Part shown: positions 35,464-45,409 of the stretch, in pieces
How the letters are laid out: each line of letters starts with the position of its first letter
Numbering within the stretch: the first letter of the stretch is position 1
Origin: Gemmatimonadaceae bacterium
Lineage (GTDB): Bacteria; Gemmatimonadota; Gemmatimonadetes; Gemmatimonadales; Gemmatimonadaceae
Length of the DNA stretch: 50,462 bases
NCBI GenBank assembly: GCA_044224875.1
Contig: JBGAJQ010000038.1
Span: 1-50,462, forward strand
Reading direction: 5' to 3'
Position numbers and translations under genes: made by a program
Notes under the pieces: model-generated
What the model was told of the DNA's origin: nothing
Seen by the model: only the letters and a program-made list of their open reading frames with translations
The model's database searches: none

Positions 35464-37410
35464 ATGACCGATGAAGCCGACCTGAAGCGTCGTGATTTTC
35501 TGTCCCGTGCGGCTGTCGTGGGGGCCGGTCTCTCGAGTCAGCTCCCCTTCGCCGTGCTGCGCGATGCCGCGACGCGCCCCGTCGGAGCGGTGCCTGACAC
35601 CCGTGCCGCGCCCGTTGGTGCGGTGCGTCCCTTCCCATTGAATGCCGTGCGCCTGCTGCCGTCGAGATTTCTCGATGAGTCGCAGCTCAATCGGAAGTTC
35701 ATGCTGTCGATGGACGCCGATCGGATGCTGCACGTCTTCCGCGTGAACGCGAAGTTGCCGTCGTCGGCCCAACCGTTCGGTGGCTGGGAAGCGCCGAACA
35801 ACGAGCTGCGCGGACATTTTGTTGGCCACTACCTCTCGGGATGTGCCATGCGCTGGGCGTCATTTGGCGACGCGGAACTCAAGGCGCGCGGCGACTACCT
35901 CGTGGCGGAGCTGGCGAAGTGCCAGGCAACGTTCGGCAATGGGTACCTGAGTGCGTTTCCCGAAGAGTTGTTTGACCGTTTGCGCGCCGACGTGCGGGTG
36001 TGGGCGCCGTTCTACACGTTGCACAAGATCATGGCCGGACTGCTCGACATGCATACCCTCGCCGGGAATGCGCAGGCCAAGACGGTCCTTGTGGAGCTCT
36101 CGCGTTGGGTGGACCGCTGGACGCAGCCGTTAGGTGACCTTGGCATGCAGCGCGTATTGGAGCGCGAGTACGGTGGCATGAATGAGGTGTTGTACAACCT
36201 TGCGGCCGTGACGGGAGACGACCACTGGATGGAGGTCGCGCACCGGTTCGATCACGCGCGCATTTTCAATCCCTTGGCCGAAGGGCGTGATGAGCTCAAG
36301 GGGCTTCACGTGAATACGCAGATCCCAAAGATCATTGGGGCGGCCCGACGGTACGAGCTGACGGGGGAGCAGCGCTACCGCGATCTCACGGAGTATTTCT
36401 GGAACGAGGTGACGAACCGCCGCTGCTATTGCACCGGTGGCACGAGCAACGGCGAGAGCTGGAACAGTGACCCGGGCAAGCTGTCCAGCGAGTTGAGCGG
36501 TTATACGCAGGAATGCTGCGTGACCTACAACATGCTTCGGGTGACGCGCCACGTGTTTCAGTGGACGGCGGATCCACGCGCCGCCGACTACTACGAGCGC
36601 GCGCTGGTCAACGGGATCCTGGGCACGCAGCATCCAGCCGACGGACACAATCTGTACTATGTGCCACTGCAGGCTGGGTACTGGAAGCTGTTTGGCCAAC
36701 TCTACGACTCGTTCTGGTGCTGCAATGGGTCGGCCATGGAGTCATTCAACAAGCTGGGCGACAGCATCTACTTCGCGGACGATGCCGGGCTGTATGTGAA
36801 CTTGTTTGTGGCATCGGAACTGACGTGGTCGGAGCGCGGGGTTACCATTGCGCAGGAAACGCGCTTCCCGGAGGACGGGAACGTCCGCTTCACCGTTCGG
36901 ACCGCGGCACCGACGGCGTTTGCTCTTCGTCTGCGCATTCCCTATTGGGCGACGCGAGGGGGATCGGTGCGCATCAACGGCAAGCCACTGGAGGCCTTCG
37001 CCGCACCCAGCTCGTACCTGGTGCTGGACCGGACCTGGAAGAGCGGCGACGTGGTGGAGTTGTCGATGCCCATGTCGTTGCACCTGTACCCCATGCCCGA
37101 CGATCATTCGATCGCCGCCGTGATGTACGGTCCGACCGTGTTGGCCGGCCGTCTTGGAACCGATGGGCTGACACCAGCGAACCTGCGCGCGGAAAAGACG
37201 GCGCCGCGAACGGTCCCCGAATATCATGGCGATCCGACTCCAGCCCCTTCGCTCAAGGCGGGCGGGAAGTCGCTCGACGCGTGGGTCACACAGGCGGCGG
37301 GACCGTCGCTTGCGTTTCGGACCGTAGGCCAAACGCGCGACGTCGAACTGGTCCCGCTCTATCGCGTGCTGGATGAACGGTACGCCGTCTACTGGAAGCT
37401 TGACGCATGA
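35464..37410 (+). CDS. Tat-exported GH127/GH146 beta-L-arabinofuranosidase-like protein
   Basis: RRDFL; GGWE..ELRGHFVGHYLS, HVNTQIPK, ECCVTYNM, FWCC. Confidence 0.9.
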   Translation: MTDEADLKRRDFLSRAAVVGAGLSSQLPFAVLRDAATRPVGAVPDTRAAPVGAVRPFPLNAVRLLPSRFLDESQLNRKFMLSMDADRMLHVFRVNAKLPSSAQPFGGWEAPNNELRGHFVGHYLSGCAMRWASFGDAELKARGDYLVAELAKCQATFGNGYLSAFPEELFDRLRADVRVWAPFYTLHKIMAGLLDMHTLAGNAQAKTVLVELSRWVDRWTQPLGDLGMQRVLEREYGGMNEVLYNLAAVTGDDHWMEVAHRFDHARIFNPLAEGRDELKGLHVNTQIPKIIGAARRYELTGEQRYRDLTEYFWNEVTNRRCYCTGGTSNGESWNSDPGKLSSELSGYTQECCVTYNMLRVTRHVFQWTADPRAADYYERALVNGILGTQHPADGHNLYYVPLQAGYWKLFGQLYDSFWCCNGSAMESFNKLGDSIYFADDAGLYVNLFVASELTWSERGVTIAQETRFPEDGNVRFTVRTAAPTAFALRLRIPYWATRGGSVRINGKPLEAFAAPSSYLVLDRTWKSGDVVELSMPMSLHLYPMPDDHSIAAVMYGPTVLAGRLGTDGLTPANLRAEKTAPRTVPEYHGDPTPAPSLKAGGKSLDAWVTQAAGPSLAFRTVGQTRDVELVPLYRVLDERYAVYWKLDA

Positions 37411-38351
37411 GTGTGCCGATCCTTTCGCTCCATCACGTGACGGCCACCGTCGACGGCGCACAGGACGACCTGGACTTCTTCCGCGGGCTGCTCGGCATGC
37501 GGCTCGTCAAGCAGACGGTCAATTTCGACAATCACCACGTGTATCACTTTTACTACGGTGACGCACGTGGACGCCCGGGCACGTTGTTCACGACCTTCCC
37601 CTATCGCGGACATGGCGTGCCGTTTGGACGTCATGGCACCGGCCAGGTGTCCGCGACGGCGTTGAGTATCGGGGCGGGCACCCTCGGGCGATGGCGGGAG
37701 CACGTTCAGGCCGGCAATGCGCGTGTTGTTGCTGACGGCGAGCGCTTCGGCGCACCGTTCCTGCTTGCGGTGGATCCGTCCGGGCTGGCAATCGAGCTGA
37801 TCGAGGCAGCCGATGATCCACGCGAACCCTGGATTGCTCCCGGCATCGATCGCGCCATGGCCGTTCGCGGGCTGCATTCCGTGACCATGTTGGTGCGCGC
37901 GGCCACACCCACGATCCACTTTCTCACCGAACAGCTGGGCTATCGGGTGCTCGCCGAGGACGGCGACCGAACTCGGCTGGGCGTTGGTGCGTGCGGACCT
38001 GGCCAGTGCGTCGATGTCATGCACGCGCCGCGTGAGGCGCCGGGAGTGAATGGCGTCGGCACCGTGCATCATGTCGCCATGGCCATCGGCACCGACGAGG
38101 AGCAGCTGACGGCTCGGGAATCGTTGCTGGCTGCTGGGGCGGCCGTTACGCCCGTTCGCGACCGACAGTATTTCCGTTCGATCTACTTTCGGGAGCCAGG
38201 GGGCGTGCTCTACGAGATCGCCACACTCGCCCCTGGATTTGCCGTCGACGAGGACCCCGCCGCGCTCGGGCGAGCACTGAAGTTGCCACCGTGGGAGGAG
38301 CCATACCGGCGCGACATCGAAGCGGGGCTCGCGCCCATCCACCTCTCATAG
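37407..38351 (+). CDS. Ring-cleaving dioxygenase (VOC/glyoxalase, MhqO-like)
   Basis: LHHVTA, TVNFD...YHFYY, GTVHHVA, DRQYFRSIYFREPGGVLYEIAT; ATGA overlap. Confidence 0.92.
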   Translation: MSVPILSLHHVTATVDGAQDDLDFFRGLLGMRLVKQTVNFDNHHVYHFYYGDARGRPGTLFTTFPYRGHGVPFGRHGTGQVSATALSIGAGTLGRWREHVQAGNARVVADGERFGAPFLLAVDPSGLAIELIEAADDPREPWIAPGIDRAMAVRGLHSVTMLVRAATPTIHFLTEQLGYRVLAEDGDRTRLGVGACGPGQCVDVMHAPREAPGVNGVGTVHHVAMAIGTDEEQLTARESLLAAGAAVTPVRDRQYFRSIYFREPGGVLYEIATLAPGFAVDEDPAALGRALKLPPWEEPYRRDIEAGLAPIHLS

Positions 38352-38362
38352 GAGTTACCGGC

Positions 38363-39388
38363 ATGGGTTCGAGCGTCCAAGGGACTGGGGGCGTGTTACG
38401 CCGCGTGTTGCAGCTGTCAGCCGCGTTCCTCCTGCCGGTCGCGGCCCACGGGCAGGCGGCGGGGATTCCAGGCACCCTCGTGGTGACGAACAAGACGCCG
38501 TCCACGGCCACGATCATCGACGTTGCCTCGGGGCGCACCTTGGCGACCCTGCCAACCGGCCAGGGACCGCACGAGGTCGTGTTGTCCGCTGACGGACGCA
38601 CGGCGGTCGTGACCGACTACTCGGGCGAGCCCGGTCGGACCCTTACGGTGATCGATGTCGATGGACTTCGCGTGACACGAACCATCGACTTGGGTACGTA
38701 CCGTCGTCCCCACGGCATCCGGTTTCTGCCCGGCGATTCCCTCGTCGCCGTGACGTCGGAGGCGACCGGAAACGTGATTGTCGTGTCGGTGGCCGAAGGC
38801 GTGGTCCGACGCGCGATCGCCACCACACAGAATGGATCGCACATGGTGGGCGTTGTTGCTGACGGAACACGCGCATACACCGGGAACATCGGGAGCCATA
38901 CCGTCTCTGAACTCGATCTCGTCAGTGGCACGATGCGGCGCACGATCGCTGTTCCGGCGCAACCGGAGGCGATCAACGTCACACCGGATGGGCGGGAAGT
39001 GTGGGTGGGAAGCAATGCCACCGGTCGCGTCTCGGTCGTTGATGTGGCGAGCGGTCAGGTGGAGCTGGCCGCCGAAGGCTTCGGGTGGCCGTATCGCGTG
39101 GTCTTCACGCCCGACGTGAAGACGGTGCTTCTCCCAGACCTGCGCGGGGAAGTACTGCGATTTCTCGATCGCGGGACACGCACCGAGCTCGGTCGCATCC
39201 CGATGCCAGGGGCGGGCCCGCAGGGCCTGGTCGTTTCGCCGGATGGCCGATACGCCTTTCAGTCAATGAGCCAACAGGCACGCGTGGCCATTATCGACCT
39301 CGCAAAGCGCGAGGTGATTGGGTATGTGCCGGCCGGCGAGACGCCGGACGGTATCGCGTATTCGCCGCGCACCGCGGGCGGGAACTAG
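38363..39388 (+). CDS. Secreted YncE/YVTN-type beta-propeller protein
   Basis: Repeated P.G/E...SPDG blades; signal peptide; AGGAG upstream. Confidence 0.85.
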   Translation: MGSSVQGTGGVLRRVLQLSAAFLLPVAAHGQAAGIPGTLVVTNKTPSTATIIDVASGRTLATLPTGQGPHEVVLSADGRTAVVTDYSGEPGRTLTVIDVDGLRVTRTIDLGTYRRPHGIRFLPGDSLVAVTSEATGNVIVVSVAEGVVRRAIATTQNGSHMVGVVADGTRAYTGNIGSHTVSELDLVSGTMRRTIAVPAQPEAINVTPDGREVWVGSNATGRVSVVDVASGQVELAAEGFGWPYRVVFTPDVKTVLLPDLRGEVLRFLDRGTRTELGRIPMPGAGPQGLVVSPDGRYAFQSMSQQARVAIIDLAKREVIGYVPAGETPDGIAYSPRTAGGN

Positions 39389-39487
39389 GAACGTGTGCGG
39401 TTGACCCGCGCCAGCTTGGCGAGGGAGTGATTCGACGACACATTGGTGCAGGACGCCTGCTCCCCCCGTTCCTGTATCGAGGTGAAG

Positions 39488-42400
39488 ATGTCTCGTCACA
39501 TCCGACGTATCCGCACCGGCGCCATGGTCGGTGCTGTCTCCGCATGGGCTAGCGTCACACCGCTGCCGGCCCAGCAGCGTTCGGTCCCGCGCCCGAAGCC
39601 AGCAGCTGCAACGCGTGCAGCGACACCGAAGCCGGTGACCATGCCGGTGGATGCGGCGTTCTTCAAGGGCCTCCAGTATCGGATGATCGGTCCCGCGCGC
39701 GGTGGCCGTGTGACGACCGTGACCGGTGTGCCAACGCAGCCGTTCACCTTCTACATGGGCTCCACCGGTGGTGGGGTGTGGAAGACCACGGATGCGGGGC
39801 AGAATTGGGTGAACGTGAGCGACGCGTCCTTCGCCGTGGGGTCCATGGGCGACATCGCCGTCTCTGAGTCCGACCCGTCGGTGATTTATGCCGGCACGGG
39901 CTCGGACGGGTTAAGGTCCAACGTTTCTATCGGCAAAGGGGTGTACAAGTCGACCGACGCCGGCGCGACCTGGACGCACGTGGGCCTAACGAACGTTGGA
40001 AACATCGGTGGTGTGATCATTCACCCGACGGATCCCAACACCGCCTTCGTGGCGGCGATTGGCAATCCGTTCGCCCGAAACGTGGATCGCGGTGTCTTTC
40101 GCACGAGGGACGGGGGCCGAAATTGGGAGAAGGTCCTGTATGTGAACGACTCCACGGGGGCGGTGGACGTGGAGTTCCAGCCAGGGAATCCGAGCGTGGT
40201 GTACGCGTCGGTCTGGCGCGCCGAGCGGAAACCGTGGACCATCATTTCCGGGTCGCTGGAGGGCGGCATCTTCAAGTCCACCGATGGCGGGTCCACCTGG
40301 AAAAGACTCGGCGGCGGCTTGCCCTCGCAACTTTTTGGCAAGAGCAACATCGCGGTGACCGCCGCCAGCCCCAACCGCGTCTACGCGATCGTCGAGGCCA
40401 AGCCTGGCTCCGGGCTGTATCGGTCAGACGACGCCGGTGAGACCTGGACGCGTGTCAGCGACTTTGCCCAGCTGTACACACGCCCATTCTACTACGCGAA
40501 TATCGCCGCAGACCCCAGGAATCCCGACAAGGTCTGGGTGGGGAGCGAGGGCTCGTGGATGTCCACGGATGGCGGGCGTTCATGGAAGTCATTTCCCGTC
40601 CCGCATGGCGACAACCACGACCTCTGGATCAATCCGAACAACTCGGACTACATGATCGAGTCCAATGATGGCGGGGCCACCGTCAGCTTGAACGGTGGCC
40701 GCACCTGGAGTTCGATCTACAACCAGCCGACGGCGGAGATCTATCAGATCGTCGGTGATGGTCAGTTTCCATACCGCGTGTACGGCGCGCAGCAGGACAA
40801 CTCCACGCTCATCGTGCCGTCGTTGCCGCTGACGTCAGGCAGCCCGGACGATCCGATGCAGGAGTGGAAGGCCGGCCCGGGATGCGAAACCGGCCCGATC
40901 ATGCCGCACCCCGTGAATCCGGACACGGTGTATGGTGCCTGCAAGGGCCAGTTCTCCAGGATGAGCATGCGCATGGGCCAGGAGAAGAACTACTGGGTCG
41001 GTGCGCAATCGCTGTATGGCAATCCGGGGAAGGACATGATCTACCGCTTTCAGCGCGTTTCTCCGATGGAGATCTCGCCGCATGATCCGCGGAATGTCTA
41101 CTATGGATCACAGTTCGTGCATCGCACGCGAGACGAGGGGGTGACGTGGGAGAAGATCTCGCCTGACCTCACCTGGTTCCCTCCAGAACGAAACCAGGTG
41201 TCAGGTGGTGAGCCGATTACGATCGACGTCACGGGTGAGGAGTACTACTCCGTCATCTACGCCATTCGCGAGTCCGTGAAGGAGCCAGGCGTAATCTGGA
41301 CTGGCGCCAACGACGGACCGTTCTACGTCACTCGTGACAACGGCAAGACATGGACGAAGATCACGCCGGCAAACCAACCGGCGGGTTGCCGTGTGCAGAA
41401 CATCGAGCCATCTCCGCACCGGGCGGGGTCCGCGTATTACGCCGTGCTGTGCTACCAGCTGGGGGACTTTCGGCCTTACATCTGGCGCACGGATGATTAC
41501 GGCAAGAGCTGGGCGCTGCTGACGCCCGGTGACAACGGCATGCCGAGTGACGCGCCGACGCGCGTGGTGCGCGAAGACCCCGAACGCGAAGGGCTGCTGT
41601 ACGCGGGCACCGAGTACGGGATGTGGATCTCCTATGACAATGGCGCCCACTGGCAGGACTTCCAGTTGAACCTGCCGCATGTGCCTGTCACGGATATTCG
41701 CGTGCATCGCCGCGACCTGATCTTGTCGACGCAGGGCCGCGCATTCTGGGTGCTGGACAATGTGGCGCCGCTCCATCAACTCGGTGACGTCGCGACCGAC
41801 CACGCCCCGGCCCACCTGTTCAAACCGCGCGACGCGGTGCGGTATCGTTATGCTGGCTTTGGTGGCGTGGAGTCGAGTCGCCGCGCGCCCGCGGACCCGC
41901 AGTATCCTCCGGTTGGAGCTGCGCTGGACTACTGGCTGTCCCCGGCGACGGCGAGTGGCTCCGTGCCGGTCACGATCGAGATCGTGGATGCGGATGATCG
42001 CATCGTGCGGGCATTCTCGAGCGAGGGTGCAGGAGAGGCGACGCAGGATCCCGCCGATCCAGGTATGCGAGCACCCGCCATGGAACGGGTCGGCACGCCG
42101 CGCCTGCCCAAGGGAGCCGGCACCAACCGCTTCTACTGGGACCTGACGGCTGCTGGGCCGTGGGCCGCGGACGCACGCCAGAACGGACGCAACGGGCCAA
42201 CGATCGTGCCCGGCACGTATACCATCCGCCTAACGGCTGGCGGGGTGACCGCTGAACGGCCGCTGGTCGTGCGGGCTGACCCGCGGTCGCTCCAGGACGG
42301 CGTGACGATCGCCATCATGCAGGAGCAGTACGATCACAACATTCGCGTGCGCGACCTGGTGTCGGAGGTCAACCAATTGGCGGCCCGAGTCGAAGCAGGC

Positions 42401-42664
42401 AGGAAGCGACTCGAGAACGCTGGTGGAGCCGCTGCCGATACACTGGCGAAGGTTGCGGCACTGCGTGCCAAGCTCGTGACGCCGGCCATTCGATACTCGA
42501 AGCCGGAGCTCCAGGCGCATATTCAATACCTCTACTCCATGACGCTCGGCGCCGACCAGAAGATTGGCCGCGATGCGACGGAACGGCTGCGGCAGCTGAG
42601 AATTGAGCTTGACGCGAGACAGCAAGAGGCCAAGGCGCTCCTGCCGGGGAACCGCATCATGTGA
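39488..42664 (+). CDS. Secreted VPS10/sortilin-like BNR-repeat glycosyl hydrolase-like protein
   Basis: YRMIGPARGGR, Asp-box repeats, HGDNH; GAGGTG upstream; paralog of 19405-22458. Confidence 0.9.
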   Translation: MSRHIRRIRTGAMVGAVSAWASVTPLPAQQRSVPRPKPAAATRAATPKPVTMPVDAAFFKGLQYRMIGPARGGRVTTVTGVPTQPFTFYMGSTGGGVWKTTDAGQNWVNVSDASFAVGSMGDIAVSESDPSVIYAGTGSDGLRSNVSIGKGVYKSTDAGATWTHVGLTNVGNIGGVIIHPTDPNTAFVAAIGNPFARNVDRGVFRTRDGGRNWEKVLYVNDSTGAVDVEFQPGNPSVVYASVWRAERKPWTIISGSLEGGIFKSTDGGSTWKRLGGGLPSQLFGKSNIAVTAASPNRVYAIVEAKPGSGLYRSDDAGETWTRVSDFAQLYTRPFYYANIAADPRNPDKVWVGSEGSWMSTDGGRSWKSFPVPHGDNHDLWINPNNSDYMIESNDGGATVSLNGGRTWSSIYNQPTAEIYQIVGDGQFPYRVYGAQQDNSTLIVPSLPLTSGSPDDPMQEWKAGPGCETGPIMPHPVNPDTVYGACKGQFSRMSMRMGQEKNYWVGAQSLYGNPGKDMIYRFQRVSPMEISPHDPRNVYYGSQFVHRTRDEGVTWEKISPDLTWFPPERNQVSGGEPITIDVTGEEYYSVIYAIRESVKEPGVIWTGANDGPFYVTRDNGKTWTKITPANQPAGCRVQNIEPSPHRAGSAYYAVLCYQLGDFRPYIWRTDDYGKSWALLTPGDNGMPSDAPTRVVREDPEREGLLYAGTEYGMWISYDNGAHWQDFQLNLPHVPVTDIRVHRRDLILSTQGRAFWVLDNVAPLHQLGDVATDHAPAHLFKPRDAVRYRYAGFGGVESSRRAPADPQYPPVGAALDYWLSPATASGSVPVTIEIVDADDRIVRAFSSEGAGEATQDPADPGMRAPAMERVGTPRLPKGAGTNRFYWDLTAAGPWAADARQNGRNGPTIVPGTYTIRLTAGGVTAERPLVVRADPRSLQDGVTIAIMQEQYDHNIRVRDLVSEVNQLAARVEAGRKRLENAGGAAADTLAKVAALRAKLVTPAIRYSKPELQAHIQYLYSMTLGADQKIGRDATERLRQLRIELDARQQEAKALLPGNRIM

Positions 42665-42775
42665 CCTGACGGTCGTGTCGCGGACGCACTCCGGCATCGG
42701 AAGTATCCAGCACAGGTCTGGGTTCGCCGTCCGGTCCCGGAGTCTCCCCGATGCCGGATGTGAGCGCGACGGGGT

Positions 42776-42825
42776 TTGCTCTGTGACACAAAGTACTTGA
42801 CGTAATCGGCCCCGCTGGTGATACT
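42776..42825 (+). promoter_or_regulatory. Sigma-70 promoter (leaderless) with adjacent palindromic operator
   Basis: TTGACG (42797-42802), 17-nt spacer, GATACT (42820-42825), GTG 6 nt later; imperfect palindrome TTGCTCTGTG-A-CACAAAGTAC abuts the -35. Confidence 0.7.
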
Positions 42826-42831
42826 GCGGTC

Positions 42832-43448
42832 GTGACCACGCCGAACCCCTCACGAACGCCGCCGCCAACGTACGAGGCGCCCGCCCTTCACGAACGCGCC
42901 ATCGATAACCTTCGCTTCATTCGCGAGACCATGGAGCGGGCGGGGACATTCACGGCGGTTTCGGGGTGGGGCATCGTCGCCGCCGGCATCGTCGCCGTGC
43001 CGGCCAGCGTGATCGCAGCGCTCGTCGACAGCGAGCGACAATGGATCGTGACGTGGGTGGCGGCGGCGGCGATCGCTGCGGCCCTTTCTGGCTTGCTCAC
43101 CCTGCGCAAGGCACGCGCACTTGGCGTGTCCGTGACCTCGGGCCCGGACGAAGCTGATCCTGGCGTTCGCTCCGGCGCTGGCCGCCGCGCGCTGCTCACC
43201 ATCGTGCCTCTGCAGCACGGCTAACAGGCATCTTGCCCGGCGTCTGGTTGCTGATGTACGGCGCCGGGGTCGCGGCTGGCGGCGCGCTCTCGGTACCCGT
43301 CGTGCCGGTGATGGGCGTGTCGTTCATGCTCCTCGGGGCGTTGGCACTCGTGGCGCCAGCGGCTCGACAAGACTGGTTCATGCTCGCGGGGTTTGGGGTA
43401 CTTCACATCGTGTACGGCATTCGGATTGCCAGGAGGTACGGTGGCTAA
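42832..43448 (+). pseudogene. Membrane protein gene with several frameshifts (pseudogene or sequence error)
   Basis: Pieces ...SVTSGP / [12 protein letters not shown] / ALLTIV / [14 protein letters not shown]... lie in different frames and join into one multi-TM protein. Confidence 0.75.
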
Positions 43449-43878
43449 ACGGACTGCACTCGCCGATGACCGGCGGTCACGCGATCGCCTTGGTGCAGAC
43501 GGAGGGGGAGGGGGAGGGGCCTCCAAGGGAGCCGCCTTGCGTCCAGTGAAGGGGGCGAGCACGGCGAGGTCGACGGACGCGACCCCCATCGACTTGGATC
43601 GTCTGATACACGAGCGAATGCGGCTGGGCATCGTTAGCGCCTTGGCTGTGAACGATTCGCTCACCTTCAATGAGCTGAAAGAGTTGATGCGAACGACGGA
43701 TGGCAACTTGAGCGTGCATGCGCGCAAGCTCGAGGAAGCGGGCTATGTGGCGTGCCAAAAGTCGTTCGAAGGTCGTATGCCGCGCACCGATTACTCCCTA
43801 ACCCCCGCCGGTCGTCGGGCGTTGGAGCGGTATCTCGAGCACATGGAAGCACTCATCAGGCAAACCCGAGAGAGGTAA
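43441..43878 (+). CDS. Winged-helix transcriptional regulator (ArsR/MarR-like, HTH_34 type)
   Basis: [42 protein letters not shown] before the GTG. Confidence 0.92.
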   Translation: MAKRTALADDRRSRDRLGADGGGGGGASKGAALRPVKGASTARSTDATPIDLDRLIHERMRLGIVSALAVNDSLTFNELKELMRTTDGNLSVHARKLEEAGYVACQKSFEGRMPRTDYSLTPAGRRALERYLEHMEALIRQTRER

Positions 43879-44654
43879 TGAGCGTGCGAGGCGTAGCTGC
43901 ACCTGAGGAGTCGCGCGAGTCCGACGTGGAGGAGAACTCCGCCCGTCGCGGTGGCCCGCGACATGTCGCGATCATCATGGACGGAAACGGCCGCTGGGCA
44001 CAGAAGCGTGGCCGTCCGCGCACCGCGGGTCACCTGGCCGGTGCCAAGGCCGTCCGTCGTACGATCGAGTTTGCACGACGTCGCGGCATTTCGGTGCTGA
44101 CCCTGTATTCGTTCTCGTCCGACAATTGGTCGCGGCCCGAGGACGAGGTGCAGTCCCTGATGATGCTCTTTCGGCGCTACCTGGCGTCGGAGGTGCCGCG
44201 TTGCGTCGAAAACGATATTCGGTTGACCGTCATTGGACGGCGCGATCGGCTGGATCGCGATGTGGTTCGGGCCATCGAGTCCGCCGAAGCCGCCACAAAG
44301 CGTTGTCGCGCGTTGCAGCTGCGTTTGGCCGTGGACTATTCATCACGCGACGCCATCGTAGCGGCGGCCAATGCGCTACGCTCCGGGGCAGCCGTCACCC
44401 GCGACGACCTGGCATCCGCGATGGCGCGTGCGATGCATGACCCCAAAGGCGCACCGGATGTCGACCTGCTGATTCGCACCGGCGGCGAGCAACGCATCTC
44501 GGACTTCCTGTTGTGGGAAAGTGCGTACGCCGAGCTGGTATTTCTGCGCTGCATGTGGCCGGACTTCATGGCCGCGGATTTCGAGAAGGCCATCGCCGAA
44601 TTCGGCGGACGCGAAAGACGCTTCGGTGGGCTCCGCGCGGCGAGCGCGAGCTAA
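43878..44654 (+). CDS. uppS: cis-isoprenyl (undecaprenyl) diphosphate synthase
   Basis: [52 protein letters not shown] coupling to the regulator. Confidence 0.93.
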   Translation: MSVRGVAAPEESRESDVEENSARRGGPRHVAIIMDGNGRWAQKRGRPRTAGHLAGAKAVRRTIEFARRRGISVLTLYSFSSDNWSRPEDEVQSLMMLFRRYLASEVPRCVENDIRLTVIGRRDRLDRDVVRAIESAEAATKRCRALQLRLAVDYSSRDAIVAAANALRSGAAVTRDDLASAMARAMHDPKGAPDVDLLIRTGGEQRISDFLLWESAYAELVFLRCMWPDFMAADFEKAIAEFGGRERRFGGLRAASAS

Positions 44655-44863
44655 CGGACCGCAAAACGCCCGGAGTGCCGCGTTTCTCCATCCGGGTCCA
44701 CGCTAGGTCGCAAATTTTCGCACTTTTGCGCGCGCCGGAGCCTTCCGCCAATCGGTCAGCCTGACCGAGGCGAGCGTGGATTCGCAGACATGTGACCGAT
44801 CAACCGGACACGCCGACTGAAGCCTGGAGACAGGGCCTAAGTGCAGCATTTCGAGTGACTTTG

Positions 44864-44879
44864 CGGCATGAGCAGTGCT
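44864..44879 (+). promoter_or_regulatory. Candidate sigma-54 (-24/-12) promoter of the small lipoprotein gene
   Basis: CGGCATGAGCAGTGCT (GG-N10-GC) about 60 nt upstream of the ATG. Confidence 0.45.
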
Positions 44880-44938
44880 TAACAGCGTGGCAGCTGCACG
44901 TGATCTACCGCACCTCGAAACCCACTTAGGAGTCACCC

Positions 44939-45181
44939 ATGAAGCTTCCCCGCAATCTGAAGCGCCTGCCGTTCGCGATTGGCGCCGTCCTCGTCGTTCT
45001 CGTCTCCGCGTGCTCCGATAGCACGGGTCCCGGTGCTCGTACGGGCTACATCACAAGCTCGACGTCGGTCCAAGCTTCAAAGAGCGCCAACAACGCTGCG
45101 CTTGTCCTGCCATCGCAGGCAAAGCCCGATTCGTTGATTCGCCGGGCGACTTCTGCCGGGTACAACGTGCCCGCCTTCTAA
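44939..45181 (+). CDS. Small lipoprotein, candidate signalling-peptide precursor
   Basis: AGGAG SD; lipobox VSAC; mature part low complexity with RTGYITSS and terminal RRATSAGYNVPAF. Confidence 0.8.
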   Translation: MKLPRNLKRLPFAIGAVLVVLVSACSDSTGPGARTGYITSSTSVQASKSANNAALVLPSQAKPDSLIRRATSAGYNVPAF

Positions 45182-45409
45182 GCCGTCCCGCAGGAATTGC
45201 AGTCCCCCGAACAGTGCGCTGGCGCCCGCCCCGAACGACGCGTCAGCGCATTGCTCGTCTTTGTCGAAATACCGCGGAGTCGCGTGCAAGCGCGGCCCAA
45301 CTCCGGACGATACTAGCAGGTACGCTAAGTCGTCCTGCAATGGGCGGATAACGGCGCGGGACCCACTCACGATCCGCGACGTCACTGCCCGTTTTTACGC
45401 TACCGCTCA

